This document shows, piece after piece, positions 30,586-38,927 of a DNA stretch of 64,000 nucleotides. Made by a program: the position numbers and the translations under genes. The stretch is from Eubacteriales bacterium. GTDB taxonomy: Bacteria; Bacillota; Clostridia; Christensenellales; UMGS416. Below the pieces are notes generated by a model, which saw nothing but the letters and a program-made list of their open reading frames with translations, did not search any database and was not told the DNA's origin. Each line of letters starts with the position of its first letter. Within the stretch, counting starts at the first letter, position 1. Location of the stretch: NCBI GenBank assembly GCA_040883315.1, contig JBFLKU010000008.1:118392-182391 (forward strand). Direction: 5' to 3'.

Positions 30586-32127
30586 CTAGAATGTACCCGG
30601 TGTTTCCGGATATGCAGGAATGCTGCCGCTATCGAGAATACCAAGCTCGATAGTGGTAGTCATCATAAATTCGTGTACGCTTATTACATTTGGGCTGGAG
30701 AAATACTGTCCCTCATCTGAAAACATATAAATGTCGCCATACCACATCGTTCCTGTGGCGTATTTCAGCATGTAGTCGCCTTCGGGCACATATATTTTCA
30801 ATGCTTCGCCGGCCTTTATATAGGCCACGAACATAGACTCCTCTACAGTGTCTGTTACCAGATTGTATGAATACAGCTTCACATAGCAGTCCTTGTCTCC
30901 CAGCACTTTTATATCCACTTGGCGGTATGTAGCCTCATTTGTGTTATCTGTTATGATTGTGGTTTCTGCAAATGGACGCTCCACGAAGAAATAATTATCA
31001 ATTACATTTGGATAATATAAACTGAACACATCATTAAATTTTGTGAATTCTTCATATATGTCGTTGACTATCTCCTCATAGAAGTCATCATTCAAAGTGA
31101 ATGTATTTAAATTCTGAGAATACGTAAAATCGAATATTTTTGAATTCAGTGCTGATTCATCTTTATATGAATACATTAGCAGCTCTTTGCCAAAATCATC
31201 TATTACGGTGCTTTCATCTACTGGTGTCTGCTTGGATTCATAGTAGGATGAAAGCAAAGCCTGGCATACTGTGTTTATTGTGGTGCTGCCTTCTTCTATC
31301 AGATAGTTGATGGTGGCGCTTGATGCATCCGAGCCGGTGTTTATTTTTATTATGTTTTGTATAACTAGGCTGTTTAGGTAGTGCTTTGAGTACTTTACAA
31401 ACAAATTCTTTTCCCATTCCTCTGTCAGAGGGCTATCTGGATGGTGTTCGTTGTATATATCCACAATGTTATCAAGAGGCAGCTCTTTTATGCTTTTGCA
31501 GAAAAACGCCGTGGAAATATCCGATGTGCTGACATAATCTGTGTATATTCTCTTTGCCTGATCATAGAATTCATTGTATATTTTGCTCATGTCGTCTTCA
31601 TCCAATACAGCCTCCTGCACCATACTGCTGTAGGTCTCCTTGAATGATATATTTATAGTGTACTCTTTTGTATATATATCTTCATCATTTGATATATGCT
31701 GTATTTGGCGCATGGCATTGTCCTGCAGCTCCCAGATGTAGTCATTATATTTAGCAAAATCAAATTCTATATCGTTTTCCAGCTTTATTTTGGCAGGATC
31801 TATAAATAGTGCTGTCACTGCTATAGTGTCTTCACCCTTTGATATATGGTAGGCAGCCACATCGTAGTCTATTATCATATTGGATGCCAGCACATTTGCC
31901 AGCTTGTTGATAACGTCATTTTCATCTGCATCTTTCGATGAGGTGTAGTTTTGAGTTTCTTCTATTACGGAGTAAAGCCTTTGAGTATATATATCGGGAG
32001 ATTTATCCACTGACATTTCGTCCACAAAAGGAGACAGCAAAACAATACTGAAAGAGCTGGCTAAAAAGCAGGATACTAAAACTAAAAGAGAATATAGTAT
32101 GTTTTTCATCTTTTTTTTGTTTTCCAT
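30586..32127 (-). CDS. Hypothetical membrane-anchored/secreted protein (513 aa)
   Basis: It has an N-terminal signal/anchor (ILYSLLVLVSCFLASSFSIVLL) and an acidic N/D/Y/S-rich body. The C-terminal beta-rich module (YVKLYSYN...FVAYIKAGEALKIYVPEGDYMLKYATGTMWYGD) resembles a recurrent uncharacterised lipoprotein domain. Its ATG directly follows the upstream gene's TAG. Confidence 0.75.
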   Translation of the reverse strand: MENKKKMKNILYSLLVLVSCFLASSFSIVLLSPFVDEMSVDKSPDIYTQRLYSVIEETQNYTSSKDADENDVINKLANVLASNMIIDYDVAAYHISKGEDTIAVTALFIDPAKIKLENDIEFDFAKYNDYIWELQDNAMRQIQHISNDEDIYTKEYTINISFKETYSSMVQEAVLDEDDMSKIYNEFYDQAKRIYTDYVSTSDISTAFFCKSIKELPLDNIVDIYNEHHPDSPLTEEWEKNLFVKYSKHYLNSLVIQNIIKINTGSDASSATINYLIEEGSTTINTVCQALLSSYYESKQTPVDESTVIDDFGKELLMYSYKDESALNSKIFDFTYSQNLNTFTLNDDFYEEIVNDIYEEFTKFNDVFSLYYPNVIDNYFFVERPFAETTIITDNTNEATYRQVDIKVLGDKDCYVKLYSYNLVTDTVEESMFVAYIKAGEALKIYVPEGDYMLKYATGTMWYGDIYMFSDEGQYFSSPNVISVHEFMMTTTIELGILDSGSIPAYPETPGTF

Positions 32128-33756
32128 CTATTTCACCTCGCTCCAAGGAGTGCTTTCGTAGCTGATTTCATTTATATTGCTGCAGCTTTGTGCATTGAAG
32201 TACACCAAATTGCTGCTTTGCCATATGGATTCGATGTATTCATCTCCGTTTTCGCCAAGACTGGGGCAGGATTCGAAATCCACATACATCAAAGATGATG
32301 TTGAATTTATCGGCTGAGATAAATCTATCTTTTGGCAGCTTTTAATGGAAAGCATATTTAGTTTTTCCAGATTTAGCGTGTTTATCATGGTTGACAGATT
32401 GTCTGCATATGAAAGACTCAGCATTCTAAAATTGGGATAGGGCGAAATAAAGCTGAGGGCTTCTAGAGAATAGTTGTTTTCTATCTCCAGCCGCTCCAAT
32501 CGGAATGAAAACAGACCATACTCATCAAATGATATATTGGGGCAGTCTTTTATTATAAGCTCCGGTGACTGCAAGTCTGCAAAAATTTCTCCCATGAATA
32601 TTTCATAGCTGCTGTCATCTATCTCCAGAGTTTTTAAATTCTGCAGGGTGAATAGCCTGGTTATCACATCATGGTCTACTCCGGATAATTTTAGCAGTGA
32701 AATGTTTTCCAGAAGCAGAATAGGGGAATAGTCGGATATATTGTCGCTGCCTTCGAAATACAGGCTCTGCAAATCCGTGAAATAGAAAAAGAATGAAATA
32801 TCTTCTAGACTTTCTGTATTGTACATATATATGTGGCTTGCACTGCTGTATTTTTCGGTTAAATCATATAAACTAACCTGACCTGCGGAATCATAGCACA
32901 CAGCTTTATCCAGCATATCCATAGCCGTTATGTTGCCGTTTTCATCAGTTGAAATCATTTTAATGCTGTGAATGCCCTGAAGCTGCTCTATGGGCACGCG
33001 GATAGTATCGCCAAAGTATCTGGAAGAATAGAACACATTGTCTATATATAGCTCTACACTGGTTTCTATATTCAAAAGCTGTGATTTATAATCGCGAAGC
33101 TGCACGTATATGCTCTCGTCGTCGCCCTTGGCTCTATACATATAGATATATGGGTGAGTGTATACATACGAATCCATTCCGCTGTTTGCACGGAAAAAGT
33201 TTTCTCTTTGGAATTCATCGCCCCGCAGATAGTGAAGCTGAATATTTATCGTAGTATTGTATTTTTTGGCTTTGCTTGGCTCTGTGTCCAGCAGGAATGT
33301 GAAGTTGCCTATCATGCCGTAGGCAGTGTATGCATCTGTCAGCAAATACTGCTTGAAATAGTCAACTGATGTCATGCTGGTAAAGAACACATCGTAGTAT
33401 TCAGAAACTGCAGCTAGGTCATCTGCCGTATCTATTGAAATATCTAAGGAATTGGTTTTTTCATCAAATGAATATTCCCGCACCTTGCACTCAGGGTATA
33501 GCGGAAGCTGCACGGCTGGGTATTCTGGGATTTTTTTGGCAGTTATTTTTTCAAAAAGATATTTTGTGTAGCTGAAAAAATCAGCAATTGCTTTTGCCAC
33601 TGCATCTGCTGCCTTTATGAAAGCAGCATCTATCTTCAAAAGAGTCTCCGGTGCTTCGCCGTCTAGGCACACCATATGATTTATCATCAATGCAAGCATA
33701 AAAAGTACTATTACAATTGCAATGGATACTATAACTATACCTGAACGGTATCTCAT
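32128..33756 (-). CDS. Hypothetical membrane-anchored protein with a C-terminal leucine-rich-repeat region (542 aa)
   Basis: It has an N-terminal TM helix (IVIVSIAIVIVLFMLALMI). The C-terminal ~200 aa show a ~22-24-aa LxxLxLxxC/N periodicity (LQNLKTLEIDDSS..., LERLEIENNYSLEAL..., FRMLSLSYADNLS..., LEKLNMLSIKSCQKI...). AGGAG lies 6 nt before the ATG. Confidence 0.75.
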   Translation of the reverse strand: MRYRSGIVIVSIAIVIVLFMLALMINHMVCLDGEAPETLLKIDAAFIKAADAVAKAIADFFSYTKYLFEKITAKKIPEYPAVQLPLYPECKVREYSFDEKTNSLDISIDTADDLAAVSEYYDVFFTSMTSVDYFKQYLLTDAYTAYGMIGNFTFLLDTEPSKAKKYNTTINIQLHYLRGDEFQRENFFRANSGMDSYVYTHPYIYMYRAKGDDESIYVQLRDYKSQLLNIETSVELYIDNVFYSSRYFGDTIRVPIEQLQGIHSIKMISTDENGNITAMDMLDKAVCYDSAGQVSLYDLTEKYSSASHIYMYNTESLEDISFFFYFTDLQSLYFEGSDNISDYSPILLLENISLLKLSGVDHDVITRLFTLQNLKTLEIDDSSYEIFMGEIFADLQSPELIIKDCPNISFDEYGLFSFRLERLEIENNYSLEALSFISPYPNFRMLSLSYADNLSTMINTLNLEKLNMLSIKSCQKIDLSQPINSTSSLMYVDFESCPSLGENGDEYIESIWQSSNLVYFNAQSCSNINEISYESTPWSEVK

Positions 33757-33790
33757 TAATTTCTCCTAAAGTTTTCTGTTCGTTATTTAT

Positions 33791-33819
33791 ATAATATAAT
33801 CATTTAGAATTATTGTAAA
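33791..33819 (-). promoter_or_regulatory. Sigma-A-like promoter for the 542-aa/513-aa gene pair
   Basis: The minus strand reads TTTACA (33819-33814), a 17-nt spacer, then TATTAT (33796-33791), about 35 nt upstream of the start codon. Confidence 0.4.
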
Positions 33820-33902
33820 TATTTATTTGTTAGGATATTTGCTCTTTCATATTATATTCATACAAACCGGTGGTGAAATATGGTACAATATTTTTGTAAT
33901 AT

Positions 33903-34805
33903 ATGCAGGGAGCAGAAGCTGTGGAATATATAGATGCAAAAACCATATTATCAGGATATAGCGACAATCCATATTGGTTTGGAACAAACTACAATATGAA
34001 TCTTTATAAAGGCTGCGCCCACGGATGCATATACTGCGACAGCAGAAGTGAATGCTATCAGATAGAGGAATTCGACAGAGTGCGAAGCAAAAAAGATGCT
34101 TTGCAGATACTGGAGAAAGAGCTGCAGGGCAAAAGGAAAAGGGGCGTAGTGGGGCTGGGAGCCATGAGCGACACATACAATCCATTTGAAAAGAGCCTGA
34201 AAATAACAAGGCAGGCACTGGAGCTGATAGACAAATATAGATTCGGCGTGGCAATAGCCACAAAAAGCGACCTGATAGTGCGGGACATCGACATATTCAA
34301 AAGGATAATGGAGCACTCGCCCGTATTGCTGAAGCTGACTATAACATCAGCAGATGATGAGATGTGCAAAATAATTGAGCCGAATGTGTGCCCGTCCTCC
34401 AGCAGGTTCAGGGCATTGAAGGAGCTGACAGAGAGCGGAATATACACTGGGGTATTGCTGATGCCCGTACTTCCATTTATTCTGGATACACCCGAGAATA
34501 TACTATCTATTGTGGATAAAACCAAAGAGAGCGGCGGAAGGTTTATATACGCCGGATTTGGCGTGACACTGCGCCAGAACCAGAGGGCATGGTACTATTA
34601 TGCATTGGATAAGCATTTTAAGGGGCTAAAGCAAAAATACATAGAAGCATACGGTGACAGGTATTCCTGCAGCATACCGAACTATGAAAAGATATTTAAA
34701 GAATTCAAAAATAAGTGCGAGCATCACGGCATATCATACAAAATGGATGAAATAATATCAGAATATAAAAAAGGATACAACAAAGAGCAGATATCATTTT
34801 TGTAA
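33903..34805 (+). CDS. Radical SAM protein, SplB/Rv2578c-like (DNA repair photolyase family)
   Basis: About 295-300 aa with an NLYKGCAHGCIYCDSR CxxxCxxC motif close to the N-terminus, typical of this family. GGGAG 8 nt before GTG 33921 makes that an alternative start. Confidence 0.75.
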   Translation: MQGAEAVEYIDAKTILSGYSDNPYWFGTNYNMNLYKGCAHGCIYCDSRSECYQIEEFDRVRSKKDALQILEKELQGKRKRGVVGLGAMSDTYNPFEKSLKITRQALELIDKYRFGVAIATKSDLIVRDIDIFKRIMEHSPVLLKLTITSADDEMCKIIEPNVCPSSSRFRALKELTESGIYTGVLLMPVLPFILDTPENILSIVDKTKESGGRFIYAGFGVTLRQNQRAWYYYALDKHFKGLKQKYIEAYGDRYSCSIPNYEKIFKEFKNKCEHHGISYKMDEIISEYKKGYNKEQISFL

Positions 34806-34810
34806 ATAGT

Positions 34811-34838
34811 ATACATGCATTTGCTTGCATGTGTCTTT
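34811..34838 (+). terminator. Weak hairpin after the radical SAM gene, overlapping the rbfA promoter
   Basis: ATACATGCA (34811-34819) pairs with TGCATGTGT (34826-34834) across a 6-nt loop, followed only by CTTT. Confidence 0.3.
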
Positions 34839-34854
34839 GGCAATCTGCTATAAT
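34825..34854 (+). promoter_or_regulatory. Sigma-A-like promoter for rbfA-nrnA-truB-ribF
   Basis: TTGCAT (34825-34830), an 18-nt spacer, then TATAAT (34849-34854), 26 nt before the rbfA ATG. GGAGGG RBS. Confidence 0.5.
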
Positions 34855-34880
34855 GAATAAATATTATTGGAGGGTAGCAT

Positions 34881-35231
34881 ATGGCAAACTATAGAATGGA
34901 AAAAGTAAACCACGATATACAAAGAATATTGAGTGAAATAATAAGAGATGATGTAAACGACCCGAACGTAGACAAAATGTGCTCTGTGATGAAAGCAGAA
35001 GTGACAAAGGACCTGAAATATGCAAAAGCATATATCAGCGTGTTTGGCGACGAAGACAAAAACAAAAAAACAGTGGATGCCCTAAACAAAGCAGCAGGGT
35101 TTATAAAGCATAGACTTTCTGAGATAATGAAAACAAAAAGCGTGCCCACAGTGAAGTTTTTGGTGGATAATTCTATTCGCTACAGCATAGAGATAGCACA
35201 GAAATTGGAAGACATAGAACATGAACAATAG
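34881..35231 (+). CDS. rbfA: Ribosome-binding factor A
   Basis: 116 aa with RMEKVNHDIQRILSEII, AKAYISVFGD and PTVKFLVD motifs. Confidence 0.93.
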   Translation: MANYRMEKVNHDIQRILSEIIRDDVNDPNVDKMCSVMKAEVTKDLKYAKAYISVFGDEDKNKKTVDALNKAAGFIKHRLSEIMKTKSVPTVKFLVDNSIRYSIEIAQKLEDIEHEQ

Positions 35232-36180
35232 CAGCATAAAAGAAATAGCAGAATTAATAAAGAATGCAAAAAAGCCTCTTTTCATATCTCACGAGCACCC
35301 GGACGGGGACACATACGGCGCATCCTTTGGTCTGCGAAGCGGCATGGGAAAGCAAAAGCATCCAATAGCCTGTGCCAGCAAAATAGAATGGCCATTCACG
35401 GAGCTTGGGATAGTGAACACGATATCCGACATAGGCGAGGACGAGCACGATTTATATGTGTTTTTGGACTGTGCAGATGAATTCCGCTGCGGAAACGGCA
35501 TAAAGGACAAGCTGAGAGATGATGTTAAATCTATTAACATAGACCATCATCAAAGCAACACATACTATGCAGACTACAATTATGTGGAGGAGAGATCATC
35601 CACATGCGAGATTGTATTTGACATACTGATGGAACACAAGAGCACAATGAGCAAGGAAACAGCCGACTATCTGTATATGGGCGTAGCCAGCGACACAGGG
35701 CTTTTTGTGCACGGATATACCACGCCCCAGACCCACTACACAGCAGGCAAGCTGATGGAATTTGGTGCGGATTTTGAAAGAATAGGTAAGCTGATGTTTA
35801 TGACTGTCAGCCAAGACACAGCATTTTTGACAGGAAAGCTATTTAACAATCTGGAGATAGTGGACAAAAGAATAGCTGTATCATACATTACAATAGATGA
35901 CTTTAAGAGCACCAATACGGACTATAAAGACAGCGAAGGGCTGATAAACCACCTGACAAGCATAGACAAAATAGACATATGCATTCTGCTGAAGCAGCAG
36001 GAGGCAGGCACATTCAAGGCAAGTCTGCGCTCGACCAGAGACTACGACATCAGCAAGCTGGCAATAGCCAACGGCGGTGGCGGACACAAGCAGGCAGCCG
36101 GGTGCAAATTCCAAGGTGACGACGTGGAAGAGATAAAAAAGGATATATTTAAGCAGATAGCTGAGCTAGAGATAATATGA
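35221..36180 (+). CDS. nrnA: DHH/DHHA1 phosphoesterase (NrnA-type oligoribonuclease / pAp phosphatase)
   Basis: 319 aa with HEHPDGD, NIDHHQSN, DTGLF and GGGHKQAAG motifs. Confidence 0.85.
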   Translation: MNNSSIKEIAELIKNAKKPLFISHEHPDGDTYGASFGLRSGMGKQKHPIACASKIEWPFTELGIVNTISDIGEDEHDLYVFLDCADEFRCGNGIKDKLRDDVKSINIDHHQSNTYYADYNYVEERSSTCEIVFDILMEHKSTMSKETADYLYMGVASDTGLFVHGYTTPQTHYTAGKLMEFGADFERIGKLMFMTVSQDTAFLTGKLFNNLEIVDKRIAVSYITIDDFKSTNTDYKDSEGLINHLTSIDKIDICILLKQQEAGTFKASLRSTRDYDISKLAIANGGGGHKQAAGCKFQGDDVEEIKKDIFKQIAELEII

Positions 36181-37049
36181 CAGGATACCTGAACATTATA
36201 AAACCTGCAGGCATGACATCCAGCAATGTGGTTTCACGTGTCAGGTATAATCTGAAGATGAAAAAGGTAGGCCATGCAGGCACGCTGGATCCGCTGGCTG
36301 TGGGCGTACTGCCCATTATGCTGGGCAAAGCGACAAAGATGTTTGATTATCTTAACCTACAGAAAAAAATATATATCACAGAGTTTACATTTTGTATAGA
36401 CACAGATACTCTGGATATAGAAGGCGATATAATAAAAAAATCCGATATAATACCAGTGCAAAAACAGATAGAGGGGACTATCAAAAAGCACTTTCTAGGC
36501 AAAATCAGCCAAGTGCCGCCAAAAGTATCTGCTATAAGCATAAACGGCAAAAGAGCCTATAACTTAGCCAGAGCAGGAGTGGAATTTGAAATAGAGCCTC
36601 GCCAAGTGGAGATATTTGAATTCGACCTTATCCGGCAGTCCGGCGAAAAATCATTTATGTTTCTGGTTGAGTGCTCAAAGGGCACATATATCAGAAGCCT
36701 GTGCAGGGATCTGGCAGAAAAAATGAATACATGTGCATACATCAGCTATCTATCCCGTGAACAGTCGGGATACTTTAAAATGCAGCAGGGCATTACATTG
36801 GAGCAGCTGGAGGACATTGCACAAAAAGGCGAAATAGAAAAGCATATAATAAAGGTGGATGAACCGCTTGATTATATGGATGAAATACACGTGCCTATAG
36901 AGAAACAGAAGGCGATACTAAACGGGGTAGAGATAAAGACACAGGATGAAGACGTAGATAGTTTGCGAGTATACTGCGGAGGAGAATTTATTGGTATCGG
37001 AAAAATATCACAAGGATACCTGAAGATAAAGAAAATGTTTTATGAATAA
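36177..37049 (+). CDS. truB: tRNA pseudouridine(55) synthase
   Basis: 290 aa with HAGTLDPLAVGVLP and QVPPKVSA motifs and a PUA-like C-terminus. Confidence 0.95.
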   Translation: MTGYLNIIKPAGMTSSNVVSRVRYNLKMKKVGHAGTLDPLAVGVLPIMLGKATKMFDYLNLQKKIYITEFTFCIDTDTLDIEGDIIKKSDIIPVQKQIEGTIKKHFLGKISQVPPKVSAISINGKRAYNLARAGVEFEIEPRQVEIFEFDLIRQSGEKSFMFLVECSKGTYIRSLCRDLAEKMNTCAYISYLSREQSGYFKMQQGITLEQLEDIAQKGEIEKHIIKVDEPLDYMDEIHVPIEKQKAILNGVEIKTQDEDVDSLRVYCGGEFIGIGKISQGYLKIKKMFYE

Positions 37050-37932
37050 AATAGAAAAGGCGACTCTGGCTCTTGGCAATTTTGACGGAGTGCATACAGG
37101 GCACAGAAAGATAATACAAAAGGCAATCGACGAAGGCGGCAAAGAAAACGTATATGTTTGCTCATTTGAGCCGCACCCGCTGCAGGTGCTTGTGCCGAAT
37201 CCGCCCAAGATAATAACGCCAAAAGATGAGAAGCTGAGAATAATAGAAGAGATAATCGGCGTAAAGTATTTTGCCATGGAGTTTAATATGGAATTGGCAA
37301 AGCTTTCCGGCGAAGAATTTGTTCAGATGCTGCTGGATACATTCCAGATAGAGAATGTGGTGGTAGGTGCCAATTATTATTTCGGCGACCACGCCAAATA
37401 CTCAGCAAAGGATTTGAAAGAGCTGGGCAAAAAGCACGGATTTAGTGTTTATATAGTTCACGAGCTGAAAGAGCATGGCAAAGTGGTGTCATCCACCAGA
37501 ATACGTCAGTATTTGTCGGAGGGGAACATACGCCATGCCAACAAGCTGCTAGGAAGAGAATTCAGCATACAGGGCATATGCCAAAAGGGCAGGGGAATAG
37601 GCGAATCTATAGGCTTTGCCACTGCCAATCTGGAAACAGATGATACATATCAATACCCTAGGCAGGGCGTATACGCAACAAAGACCATACTGGATGGCAG
37701 AGAATATATATCCATGACGAATGTAGGATATAATCCTACTGTGACATCGGAGAGAAAAAGGATGATAGAAACCCATCTGCTGGATTTTAATCAGGTGCTC
37801 TACGGCAGGCAAATCCGAGTGGAATTTGTGCAGAAAATGCGTGACGAGGAAAAATACGACACGCTGCAGGAGCTGAAAGACCAGCTGGAGGCAGACAAGC
37901 AGATGGTGAAGAGGATATTTAGCAAAGCTTAA
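37042..37932 (+). CDS. ribF: Bifunctional riboflavin kinase / FMN adenylyltransferase
   Basis: 296 aa with LGNFDGVHTGH in the N-domain and GRGIGESIGFATANL...THLLDF in the kinase domain. Confidence 0.93.
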   Translation: MNKIEKATLALGNFDGVHTGHRKIIQKAIDEGGKENVYVCSFEPHPLQVLVPNPPKIITPKDEKLRIIEEIIGVKYFAMEFNMELAKLSGEEFVQMLLDTFQIENVVVGANYYFGDHAKYSAKDLKELGKKHGFSVYIVHELKEHGKVVSSTRIRQYLSEGNIRHANKLLGREFSIQGICQKGRGIGESIGFATANLETDDTYQYPRQGVYATKTILDGREYISMTNVGYNPTVTSERKRMIETHLLDFNQVLYGRQIRVEFVQKMRDEEKYDTLQELKDQLEADKQMVKRIFSKA

Positions 37933-37981
37933 CAGCAGAATAATGCGTTCCAAAAGCACAGGCTTTACTGAATTAAAAAAC

Positions 37982-38010
37982 TTGAATATATTAACAATAT
38001 ATTATATAAT
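37982..38010 (+). promoter_or_regulatory. Sigma-A-like promoter driving the T-box leader
   Basis: TTGAAT (37982-37987), a 17-nt spacer, then TATAAT (38005-38010). Confidence 0.6.
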
Positions 38011-38016
38011 ACACTA

Positions 38017-38243
38017 AATTGAATTTATCAATTTGCCAATGAAGCAAAAGAGTATATTTGCACCGACACATAGAGAGTGGATGTCACCGGCTGAAAGCAT
38101 CCTGTGGAAGGCATATAGAAAGTGCGTTGCGGAGGCGAAAAGGGCAGGCCCTATACAGCCATCATGAGAGCCCGGTGCATGCCGGGAAATGGAGTGGAAC
38201 CACGGTTATTATACCGTCTTCAATTTTTGAAGGCGGTTTTTTG
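38017..38243 (+). promoter_or_regulatory. T-box riboswitch leader with a cysteine specifier (TGC)
   Basis: The leader shows an AGAGAG K-turn/GA element (38072-38077) and a specifier-loop context GAAAG-TGC-G (TGC at 38123-38125). Stem III is CCCGG/CCGGG (38171-38186). The T-box sequence AAATGGAGTGGAACCACGG (38188-38205) resembles the consensus AAnnAGGGUGGUACCGCG. It ends in a terminator. It sits immediately upstream of cysE-cysS. Confidence 0.8.
38213..38243 (+). terminator. T-box expression-platform intrinsic terminator
   Basis: ACCGTCTTCAA (38213-38223) pairs with TTGAAGGCGGT (38227-38237), with one G-U pair, followed by TTTTTT. Confidence 0.8.
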
Positions 38244-38279
38244 ATATTTAGAGAGAGAAGAGAGATATAGGAGGAAAAC

Positions 38280-38927
38280 ATGAATATAATAATGTCTGAT
38301 ATAAACGCTGCAGTGGAGAGAGACCCGGCAGCCAGAAACAAGCTGGAAGTAATATTGTGCTATCCCGGCATTCGGGCTATAATATGGCACAGAGCGTCTC
38401 ATTTTTTCTATAGACACAAGATGTATCTGCTGGCTAGAATAATAAGCCAGACTGTAAGATTCTGGACAGGGGTAGAGATACATCCGGGTGCAAAAATAGG
38501 AAGAGGATTCTTTATAGACCACGGCATGGGCGTGGTAATAGGGGAGACCTGCGAAATAGGCAACAACGTGACTATATATCAGGGGGTCACCTTGGGAGGC
38601 ACAGGAAAAGACACGGGCAAACGCCACCCTACAATAGGCAACGACGTATTGATAGGCGTGGGTGCAAAGGTGCTGGGGCCATTTAAGGTGGGCGATGGTG
38701 CCAAAATAGGTGCTGGCAGCATAGTGCTGAATGAGGTGCCGCCAAACTGCACAGTGGTGGGCAACCCGGGCAGGCTGGTGCGCTGCTGCGGACAAAAAAT
38801 GGAGCTGCCTGAGGAGACAATGGATCAGATACATATACCAGATCCTATAGAGCAGGAGCTAAAGAGCATTAGAGAAAGGTTATTGGAAGTGGAAAACAAA
38901 ATATTACGAGGAGAAAAAAACAAATGA
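38280..38927 (+). CDS. cysE: Serine O-acetyltransferase
   Basis: 215 aa with ERDPAARNKLEVILCYPG and left-handed beta-helix hexapeptides (GAKIGRGFFIDHGMGVVIGETCEIGNNVTIYQGVTLGG). AGGAGG RBS. Confidence 0.92.
   Translation: MNIIMSDINAAVERDPAARNKLEVILCYPGIRAIIWHRASHFFYRHKMYLLARIISQTVRFWTGVEIHPGAKIGRGFFIDHGMGVVIGETCEIGNNVTIYQGVTLGGTGKDTGKRHPTIGNDVLIGVGAKVLGPFKVGDGAKIGAGSIVLNEVPPNCTVVGNPGRLVRCCGQKMELPEETMDQIHIPDPIEQELKSIRERLLEVENKILRGEKNK

Noticed and set aside
34511-34519. A perfect DnaA box, TGTGGATAA, lies in the window, and several 8/9 matches occur elsewhere (near 7071, 12588, 21581 and 24951).
   Set aside because: The boxes are isolated and sit inside coding sequence. They are not clustered next to an AT-rich unwinding element, and nothing suggests an origin here despite the presence of dnaB and rplI.
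36229-36244. A parS-like sequence, TGGTTTCACGTGTCAG, lies inside truB.
   Set aside because: Only the central GTTTCACGTG matches, roughly 11 of 16 positions against TGTTTCACGTGAAACA. The right half-site is missing. It is most likely a chance match in coding sequence.
38058-38270. A 70-aa ORF lies upstream of cysE.
   Set aside because: It lies entirely within the T-box leader, spanning the specifier loop, stem III, the T-box sequence and the terminator. It has no RBS.
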